From an uncultured virus (IMG/VR IMGVR_UViG_3300033388_001337) (lineage: Duplodnaviria > Heunggongvirae > Uroviricota > Caudoviricetes > Crassvirales): DNA of 20,000 nt. This document shows, piece by piece, positions 1 through 5,494 of this stretch; the first letter of the stretch is position 1, and the number at the start of each line of letters is the position of its first letter. The stretch lies in IMG/VR virus record IMGVR_UViG_3300033388_001337. One strand, 5' to 3'. A model generated the notes under the pieces. It was not told the DNA's origin. It did no database searches and was given only the letters and a program-made list of their open reading frames with translations. The position numbers were made by a program, and so were the translations under genes.

Positions 1-124
1 CTATAGTGTCGAGGATAACATCTCTGTCAGGAATATTTTCTTTTGTTAGGTTTGCTACAGGCAGAATCTCTGCATCCTGAAATTCACAATCCTGTAGCAT
101 TTTTACTAGTTCTTTTACTTTCAT
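1..124 (-). CDS. Hypothetical phage protein, 5' part only (runs off the window)
   Basis: ATG at 124, just after the MTase stop. Reads MKVKELVKMLQDCEFQDAEILPV... and stays open to the window edge. Confidence 0.6.
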   Translation of the reverse strand, partial: MKVKELVKMLQDCEFQDAEILPVANLTKENIPDRDVILDTI

Positions 125-130
125 ATAATG

Positions 131-802
131 TTATTTAAGTTCGTGTTCTATTTCTGCAGACACTAGAATTACTTCGCATAATTCTGATGGTATCTTGCTT
201 CTCTCGTGATTACCTTTCAGTCCCTGTGTCCCTGTTTGGCTTCCTCGTGGTGCTGGAGTATGACACGTGTCTCCGTTCTTACACATTGCACGTGGAGTCC
301 AGCCCATATCGTTAGTCCAAATATCTGTAGGCTTCATTCTTGAGTCGCCATATTGACAATAGGTAACTGTTTCTCTTCTATGTTCTAGTTCAGTCCAATG
401 AGGTGCTTTTCTCATTTTACCTCGTGGATTTTCTACGTACCATAAAAGGTTGGGATTCTTATCAAGATAATTAGAAATGATTTCTAATGTTTTCTCGAAG
501 ATTTTTAGCCCGATCATGTCAGGATCACGTGGTGTAAAATTCTCTCCTGAAACCCACTTTCTGCCTATACAGGCTACTGAAAAGTCAGTACAGGGTGGAG
601 ATGCCCAAAGGACATCAGGAATCCACAACTCATCTAATGTTCCTACATTGATTTCATTCATACGATAGTCCCAATCCATAATATCGCCCACCCAATTTGT
701 GTTAGGGTACGCTACATTATCAACAGAGAATACCTCGTGGCCACGCTGTTCTGCAACTTTGCCTATACTACTTGAGCCACTAAATAGTTCAAGTATTTTC
801 AT
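131..802 (-). CDS. C5-cytosine DNA methyltransferase (short phage type)
   Basis: Motif I variant LELFSGSSS, catalytic motif IV WASPPCT, motif VI YVENP, and the YCQYG..MKPTDIWTN block typical of small phage C5-MTases. Confidence 0.88.
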   Translation of the reverse strand: MKILELFSGSSSIGKVAEQRGHEVFSVDNVAYPNTNWVGDIMDWDYRMNEINVGTLDELWIPDVLWASPPCTDFSVACIGRKWVSGENFTPRDPDMIGLKIFEKTLEIISNYLDKNPNLLWYVENPRGKMRKAPHWTELEHRRETVTYCQYGDSRMKPTDIWTNDMGWTPRAMCKNGDTCHTPAPRGSQTGTQGLKGNHERSKIPSELCEVILVSAEIEHELK

Positions 803-815
803 AATTGTTTGTTTT

Positions 816-902
816 GATTAAGACACAAGAGTAATAATCTACCAACGTGGTTTGTCATTTGCACCTCTCGTGTTTCGGATATTTAATCCTCATCAGTTAA
901 TC
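816..902 (-). ncRNA. Hammerhead ribozyme, type I (HHR1)
   Basis: Minus strand reads GAUUAA CUGAUGA GGAU-UAAAU-AUCC GAAA CACGAGAG-(33 nt)-CUCUUGUG UC^UUAAUC. Complete core and three stems. Predicted cut between 822 and 821, 19 nt before the MTase ATG. Confidence 0.93.
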
Positions 903-905
903 TGT

Positions 906-1142
906 TTAAAAAATCTCATCAAGATATTTATATGACTCAGTTATTTTTTCTAACGCATATATGTATTTAAATATATGGTCACTTTTATTGAGTTCATCTT
1001 CATACTCTTGCGAAAACACTTCTTCTTCGACACTATGTCTTTCATTATAATCAGTGAATTCAGGCTCATAAATGTATTCCAAAACTTTGTTACATAAATG
1101 AATCATTTGTTCCTCTTGAAAAGGAGTCAATTTGTTTTTCAT
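906..1142 (-). CDS. Hypothetical acidic phage protein (78 aa)
   Basis: ORF with A-rich leader ending AATTATG; co-oriented in the operon. Confidence 0.7.
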   Translation of the reverse strand: MKNKLTPFQEEQMIHLCNKVLEYIYEPEFTDYNERHSVEEEVFSQEYEDELNKSDHIFKYIYALEKITESYKYLDEIF

Positions 1143-1162
1143 AATTGTTATTTGTTATAGGT

Positions 1163-1212
1163 TTCTACCACCAAAACCCCAACACGTTTTACTGTGTTGA
1201 GGTAAGGCAGAA
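1163..1212 (-). other. Intergenic stem-loop with internal loop (structured RNA, terminator or processing site)
   Basis: UUCUGCC-UUA-CCUCAACAC-AGUAAAAC-GUGUUGGGG-UUUUGGU-GGUAGAA forms two helices (7 and 9 bp, with G-U pairs on the minus strand). Confidence 0.6.
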
Positions 1213-1226
1213 TCACACACTACAAA

Positions 1227-1472
1227 TCAGGATGCGTTCAATGGCGATTCTATATTGTATTCGCCATCCATAATAATCGCATCAATAATCTCTTCTTCAT
1301 AATTGTACAGGACATCAGTGACATCATCTCCATTAAGAATCATTTTGTCTATTGTAATCTCCTCAATGGGTGGGGAATCATAACTTCCTGATTCAACGTA
1401 GTATTCGTAATGTACTTCTACTACATTATTTTCGGACAGTTCCCAATCGAATTGTAAGTTATAACTTTTCAT
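1227..1472 (-). CDS. Hypothetical highly acidic phage protein (81 aa)
   Basis: ORF rich in D/E/Y with AATTATG start context. Confidence 0.72.
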   Translation of the reverse strand: MKSYNLQFDWELSENNVVEVHYEYYVESGSYDSPPIEEITIDKMILNGDDVTDVLYNYEEEIIDAIIMDGEYNIESPLNAS

Positions 1473-1474
1473 AA

Positions 1475-1729
1475 TTATAATGTTGGTATTGTTCCGTAAC
1501 CTTTAATTGTAGTGAACAACGCACCACCATCATTACCCTCATCATCCATAGATGGATATAGCCAAAATGTCTCTCCGTGTTTGTTTTCCATTAACATACA
1601 TAAAGGAGATTTGTACCACATCATTTCATCTACTTCATCTTCTGACATATATTGTACTTTAACAATCTTACATCCGACAAGATGTTTCTTCGCTAAATCA
1701 GTCCAACGTGTTTCTGTGTTTGTTTTCAT
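1475..1729 (-). CDS. Hypothetical phage protein (84 aa)
   Basis: ORF with LVGCKIVKVQYM and SMDDEGNDGGALF motifs, which I recall from uncharacterised phage proteins. Preceded by the ACTATCAAATATG leader. Confidence 0.8.
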   Translation of the reverse strand: MKTNTETRWTDLAKKHLVGCKIVKVQYMSEDEVDEMMWYKSPLCMLMENKHGETFWLYPSMDDEGNDGGALFTTIKGYGTIPTL

Positions 1730-1752
1730 ATTTGATAGTATTTATATGGTTT

Positions 1753-1808
1753 GTAAATGACACCTACATAGGTAGGTGTTTCGGATATTTAATCCTCATC
1801 AGATTTAC
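1753..1808 (-). ncRNA. Hammerhead ribozyme, type I (HHR2)
   Basis: GUAAAU CUGAUGA GGAU-UAAAU-AUCC GAAA CACCUAC-CUAU-GUAGGUG UC^AUUUAC. Stem I sequence differs from HHR1 but still pairs. Predicted cut 1759/1758. Confidence 0.95.
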
Positions 1809-1944
1809 TTGCGTACTCCATTGCATTGCAATATACCCTGTAATAATTAGTACGAACATAGGATATGAAATCAGTGTAAAATTCCTCTTCGGACTCACGT
1901 GTATAACCCATATCTTTTTGTTTTATCAGTGGTTTGTTTTTCAT
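1789..1944 (-). CDS. Small hypothetical protein (51 aa), not in ORF track
   Basis: MKNKPLIKQKDMGYTRESEEEFYTDFISYVRTNYYRVYCNAMEYASKSDED*. ATGA overlap with the upstream stop; its stop lies in loop II of HHR2. Confidence 0.65.
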   Translation of the reverse strand: MKNKPLIKQKDMGYTRESEEEFYTDFISYVRTNYYRVYCNAMEYASKSDED

Positions 1945-2345
1945 TTCTTAAAGGTTTTAATAAATTCATCTACTGTATCATCAAATTTAATTTGATAATC
2001 GTAATCTCGCATTTGAATACGAATTTTGTTATCACTATTTACATAGACAAAATATGTATATTCTTCCCAAACATCTTTACAGTTTGGTGTATGAACATAA
2101 ATATTACCACGTGGATTCTGTTGTTTGAACTCGCATAAAGCTAAAGCTGTCAATTCTTCGATTCCGTTTGCGTATTGTGATTCAGTATTGTGGCTTACTC
2201 CGTTTGTCAACGTGTATTGTTGCAGAATCTCTGCAAGTTCTACTCCGTGTGATTCAGGATAGCCATCATACTGTCTATACATAGTTAATAATGTAGCAGA
2301 ACCTCTGCCACCATTTTCGAAATGTGTTAAACTTCTTGTTCCCAT
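1941..2345 (-). CDS. Hypothetical phage protein (134 aa)
   Basis: MGTRSLT...YRQYDGYPESHG...WEEYTYFV motif pattern, which I recall from uncharacterised phage proteins. Conserved leader. Confidence 0.82.
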   Translation of the reverse strand: MGTRSLTHFENGGRGSATLLTMYRQYDGYPESHGVELAEILQQYTLTNGVSHNTESQYANGIEELTALALCEFKQQNPRGNIYVHTPNCKDVWEEYTYFVYVNSDNKIRIQMRDYDYQIKFDDTVDEFIKTFKK

Positions 2346-2361
2346 ATTTGATAGTTTTTAT

Positions 2362-2419
2362 GATTAGGACACCACTTCATGAAGTGGTGTTTCGGATACT
2401 GAATCCTCATCAGCTAATC
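2362..2419 (-). ncRNA. Hammerhead ribozyme, type I (HHR3)
   Basis: GAUUAG CUGAUGA GGAU-UCAGU-AUCC GAAA CACCACUUC-AU-GAAGUGGUG UC^CUAAUC. Compensatory A-U to G-C change in stem I. Predicted cut 2368/2367. Confidence 0.95.
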
Positions 2420-2535
2420 TCAACATAGAATATCCACATCCCCACATAAAATATGAAGAATAAGAATAATAAAAACACTACGTTAATTATATATTCTACA
2501 GGATTTTCTTTGATGTCTTTTAATAGTTGTTTCAT
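2410..2535 (-). CDS. Small single-pass membrane protein (41 aa), not in ORF track
   Basis: MKQLLKDIKENPVEYIINVVFLLFLFFIFYVGMWIFYVEIS*. Hydrophobic helix; the stop TGA is the UGA of the HHR3 CUGAUGA core. Confidence 0.6.
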   Translation of the reverse strand: MKQLLKDIKENPVEYIINVVFLLFLFFIFYVGMWIFYVEIS

Positions 2536-2550
2536 AATGTGATTTTTAAA

Positions 2551-2904
2551 TTAATACCTCTTCCTAATAGTTTCTCTTTGGTCTTCAGTCAATACATTGT
2601 TCCAAACATACCCATAAGTTTTATCTAACTTTTGGTATTTTGATGCGTGTATGTCTAAATCTTTTTCCAATGTTTTTACCCTTTGTTCTAACTCTTCTTT
2701 GTCAAAAATGATATTAGCAATATACTCATCATTTTCAGCTAATTTTCTGTTTAGATTTTCAGTCAGAGCAGTCCATTGTAAGATTCCAAAAAGCATTTCT
2801 ATTTTGGAAGTTTTAAGTGCCTCATTTACCTCCTCTTCATTATGTTGAGGAAAATGTTTTAATAAGAGGCCTCTGTCGATTTTGCAACTAGTTTTGATTT
2901 TCAT
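2551..2904 (-). CDS. Hypothetical protein with coiled-coil segment (117 aa)
   Basis: ORF with heptad-like LEQRVKTLEKDL segment. Confidence 0.72.
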   Translation of the reverse strand: MKIKTSCKIDRGLLLKHFPQHNEEEVNEALKTSKIEMLFGILQWTALTENLNRKLAENDEYIANIIFDKEELEQRVKTLEKDLDIHASKYQKLDKTYGYVWNNVLTEDQRETIRKRY

Positions 2905-2908
2905 AATA

Positions 2909-3202
2909 TTAAATTTTATTAATTAAGTTAAGTGCTTTTTTAATTGTCTTTACAGTAAATTTTGCATTCTGGAAGTGAAAGTAATCCTCGCCAATATTAG
3001 CAAGAAACTCTAGATTCCATTTAACAACCTCTAAAGCATTTTTTGAATCTGTTCTAGTGTAACCCTTACTGCATTTAGGAACAGCCATATCTTTCATTGT
3101 GTTATGCATATTCTCTAAAATAGCAGATGGTTTTGCAGTGTGTCCGATTGTATTCTTTGATACTAAATCTTGACACATCTTAAAATACTCATTGTAATTC
3201 AT
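2909..3202 (-). CDS. Hypothetical phage protein (97 aa)
   Basis: ORF preceded by the AAAACTATCAAAATTATG leader. Confidence 0.72.
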   Translation of the reverse strand: MNYNEYFKMCQDLVSKNTIGHTAKPSAILENMHNTMKDMAVPKCSKGYTRTDSKNALEVVKWNLEFLANIGEDYFHFQNAKFTVKTIKKALNLINKI

Positions 3203-3217
3203 AATTTTGATAGTTTT

Positions 3218-3278
3218 GATTAAGACACCTCTAGATCATTTTGAGGTGTTTCGAATATTAAATTCTCATCAGTTAATC
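3218..3278 (-). ncRNA. Hammerhead ribozyme, type I (HHR4)
   Basis: GAUUAA CUGAUGA GAAU-UUAAU-AUUC GAAA CACCUC-(11 nt)-GAGGUG UC^UUAAUC. Compensatory G-C to A-U change in stem II. Predicted cut 3224/3223. Confidence 0.95.
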
Positions 3279-3662
3279 TTCATATTCTATGTTCCACGTA
3301 TCGCATAAATCTCTTTTAAGATATTCATCATCATCCCATCTGTCTGAAATCATTTCTAAAATGTCTTCATCAATGTAGATGCGATTATCTTCTTCAAAGT
3401 TATATGCGTAACTGTTTTGCATAAAAGCATCAATGACAGCTTCAACTAAATTGTCATCATAGTAATACACATCATCAAGTATATTGATTTGTCCTCCTCT
3501 TACATTGTCTGTAAAAACAAAGACATCATAAGAGTCAGCAGTTTCCTGTGAGTGAATCATATAATCTAGCCCACTGAAATCATCTGTAGTAATTTCTAAT
3601 GGAAGATACTCATCAACAAATTGTTTGAATGAGGTGTACTCTGATAAATTTAACTTTTTCAT
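3273..3662 (-). CDS. Hypothetical highly acidic protein (129 aa)
   Basis: ORF very rich in D/E and aromatic residues. Its stop codon is part of HHR4 stem I. Confidence 0.78.
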   Translation of the reverse strand: MKKLNLSEYTSFKQFVDEYLPLEITTDDFSGLDYMIHSQETADSYDVFVFTDNVRGGQINILDDVYYYDDNLVEAVIDAFMQNSYAYNFEEDNRIYIDEDILEMISDRWDDDEYLKRDLCDTWNIEYED

Positions 3663-3684
3663 AATTTGATAGTTTATTGTGATT

Positions 3685-3741
3685 ATTATAAGACACCTAA
3701 CTAGTAGGTGTTTCGGATTTTAAATCCTCATCAGTTATAAT
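3685..3741 (-). ncRNA. Hammerhead ribozyme, type I (HHR5)
   Basis: AUUAUAA CUGAUGA GGAU-UUAAA-AUCC GAAA CACCUA-CUAGU-UAGGUG UC^UUAUAAU. Predicted cut 3692/3691. Confidence 0.95.
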
Positions 3742-3743
3742 GG

Positions 3744-3944
3744 TTAAGCATTGTTAATCGTACCCTCATAAGAGGTTAGATTATTAGATTCCATCTCTAG
3801 TATTGTTAGCTTTGCAACCCTGATACACATTGAATATTCTGCTGGAGATATTGCTGTGTTATTGTCAAACATTTTATTAGCTACATTCATAGCTATTTTC
3901 ATATCGTTTTCAGGCTCAATACTAATAGTTTTTACTGTACTCAT
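3744..3944 (-). CDS. Hypothetical protein (66 aa)
   Basis: ORF exactly filling the interval between HHR6 and HHR5, with the conserved leader. Confidence 0.72.
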   Translation of the reverse strand: MSTVKTISIEPENDMKIAMNVANKMFDNNTAISPAEYSMCIRVAKLTILEMESNNLTSYEGTINNA

Positions 3945-3963
3945 AATTGATAGTTTTTATTGT

Positions 3964-4070
3964 GATTAATGACTATCACTTCTCGCACACATCCACCACT
4001 CTTTCAGGTGTTCGCAACGTATTTCGTGATAGTTTCGTAGGTGTTTAAACCTTTACTCATCAGATTAATC
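3964..4070 (-). ncRNA. Hammerhead ribozyme, type I, extended stems (HHR6)
   Basis: GAUUAAU CUGAUGA GUA(AA)GGU-UUAAAC-ACCUAC GAAA CUAUCAC-(46 nt)-GUGAUAG UC^AUUAAUC. Stems II and III differ in sequence from the other copies yet still pair. Predicted cut 3971/3970. Confidence 0.9.
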
Positions 4071-4138
4071 TTGATTAGATGAACACAACCTCGAACTCAT
4101 TCGAGATGTCTTCAAGAGCAATTTCATAGCTTTCCATA

Positions 4139-4435
4139 TTAGTAAATGTATTTGTGATTAATAATGTATTTATTTAGTTTTTCTTTATTAGCAGAATCTA
4201 GCATCATATAGAACTCATAGAAACAAGCAGTTCCAAATCTAAATGGCAGTTCTCCGTGATATTGTTTTTTGTATTTGGATACCAAGCCTTCAAACTTCCC
4301 TATCAAATGATATAAAAGTGTTGGCTCATCTCCCCATACATTTTCAAGAAAAGATGCCTCATAATTGTTAGCATAAACATTAAATTTTACAATGCAGTTA
4401 CTAGCATTTGCAGTAGCTTCATAATTAGTTTTCAT
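4139..4435 (-). CDS. Hypothetical protein (98 aa), first gene of leftward operon
   Basis: ORF track; ATTATTATG start context. Confidence 0.72.
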   Translation of the reverse strand: MKTNYEATANASNCIVKFNVYANNYEASFLENVWGDEPTLLYHLIGKFEGLVSKYKKQYHGELPFRFGTACFYEFYMMLDSANKEKLNKYIINHKYIY

Positions 4436-4448
4436 AATAATAAATTTG

Positions 4449-4466
4449 TGTGATTAATGACTATCA
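4449..4466 (-). repeat. 18-nt exact repeat of the 3' (substrate) half of HHR6
   Basis: tgtgattaatgactatca occurs at 3961-3978 and 4449-4466. No adjacent CUGAUGA/GAAA core at the second copy. Confidence 0.85.
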
Positions 4467-4572
4467 AAACAAGTATTACTAGCACTGCATTCATCTTGAG
4501 ATTATAGTGGTATGCGAGGTAGCCCACTTGTAGTTCATAACGCTACGTAATTTTTATGCAGTAATACTCGGT

Positions 4573-4584
4573 ATGTCAAAGAAC
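4573..4584 (-). promoter_or_regulatory. boxA-like antitermination element
   Basis: GTTCTTTGACAT directly downstream of the -7 promoter box; resembles rrn boxA (E. coli TGCTCTTTAACA). Confidence 0.55.
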
Positions 4585-4589
4585 AGGTG

Positions 4590-4597
4590 CAAATATA
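4590..4597 (-). promoter_or_regulatory. Bacteroidota-type -7 promoter box for leftward operon
   Basis: TATATTTG (followed by CAC) matches TAnnTTTG; lies upstream of the first leftward ORF. Confidence 0.65.
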
Positions 4598-5013
4598 GTA
4601 TATGTATAGCATAATTCTATAATAACTTACTGACAATTTGTCTACTTTCTTCTGCATATTTGTCACACATTTAACGTTTTCTTTATCAACAAGTTACGCA
4701 ACACTATTGCAATATATATTGTTTAGCAATATTAGGTATCGTACAGGCACTATCCCTTTGCTATTGATGTGCAAAGGTACTTTATAAATTAAAGTTCGTT
4801 AAACGTAAGCTATGAGAGTGTACGAGGGACAGGTATTTTGGGGTATGGCTAAAATAAAAAACCCAAAAAAATGCAGAAAAAAATTTCAGAATCTAGATTC
4901 GAGCTGAAAAAAATATGACTTTCGATTGTAGGGGGTGCAACGTGAGACGACATATAACCCTCAACCTCTAAATATCTAATATTTTTTTATTACCTTTACA
5001 AAAAAGAAAAACT

Positions 5014-5193
5014 ATGGATGGACTAATTATAAAAAACGGAAGACTAATCAATGAGAGACGACCAGGCGAATCAGGTATCGCTATGGCAGCACGATTAAAG
5101 CGTGCAGTAAAAAACGATCGTAAAATAAATCAGATAGCAGAAGCTATTGAACTTGCAGAAAATAAAAAGAACTTTAGACAACTAGAATTTTAA
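5014..5193 (+). CDS. Small hypothetical protein (59 aa), not in ORF track
   Basis: MDGLIIKNGRLINERRPGESGIAMAARLKRAVKNDRKINQIAEAIELAENKKNFRQLEF*. A-rich leader, upstream TACCTTTA promoter-like box, downstream terminator. Confidence 0.7.
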   Translation: MDGLIIKNGRLINERRPGESGIAMAARLKRAVKNDRKINQIAEAIELAENKKNFRQLEF

Positions 5194-5223
5194 GTTTCCC
5201 ATTTGTGTGTTTTGATTAGTAGT

Positions 5224-5259
5224 GAGAAGAGTATCTATTCAGGTACTCTTTTCTTTTTT
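5224..5259 (+). terminator. Rho-independent terminator
   Basis: GAGAAGAGTATCT-ATTC-AGGTACTCTTTTC hairpin followed by TTTTTT. Confidence 0.7.
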
Positions 5260-5443
5260 AACATACTATGTTGATTTTATGTTAATTTTAATTTTACTTA
5301 AGTTATTGAAAATAATATATTTAAATACTATTTATGTTAATATGTTAAAAATTATATATAAAAAAATAATTTAAAAAAAATATATAGCAAGCTCTTTTAC
5401 TAAGACTGATAAAATATTTATAAAAAATCAACATATCAACATA
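5258..5443. repeat. AT-rich tract with seven TATGTTRA octamers (possible origin or operator array)
   Basis: Forward copies at 5267, 5278, 5333 and 5341; inverted copies at 5258, 5428 and 5436. Confidence 0.6.
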
Positions 5444-5463
5444 TTAGAATTCAATAAAAGTTT

Positions 5464-5471
5464 TATATTTG
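5464..5471 (+). promoter_or_regulatory. -7 promoter box upstream of groEL
   Basis: TATATTTG, 23 nt before the ATG. Confidence 0.6.
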
Positions 5472-5494
5472 TATAAAATCAAATACATTTAAAT

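Noticed and set aside
477..2848. Plus-strand ORFs 477-668, 1512-1760, 1708-1995, 1899-2138 and 2651-2848
   Set aside because: Antisense shadows of better-supported minus-strand genes, with no plausible leaders or motifs.
816..3970. General circularisation of every inter-ribozyme fragment (retrozyme- or viroid-like)
   Set aside because: Stem I arms of neighbouring ribozymes mostly do not match. Only HHR4/HHR3 (via a G-U pair) and half-site/HHR6 are compatible, so self-ligation is not supported as a general rule.
816..4070. Intergenic repeats as a CRISPR array, integron attC sites or REP elements
   Set aside because: The spacing consists of whole genes, and no cas or integrase gene is present. 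Conservation is confined to the hammerhead catalytic core while the stems covary.
4084..4112. Hairpin CTCGAA-ctca-TTCGAG between the first ORF and HHR6
   Set aside because: No U-tract and no ribozyme core; too short to assign a function.
4755..4779. Second leftward TACCTTTG promoter box
   Set aside because: It is part of a CCTTTGC/GCAAAGG inverted repeat with no nearby ORF; cannot distinguish promoter from hairpin or chance.
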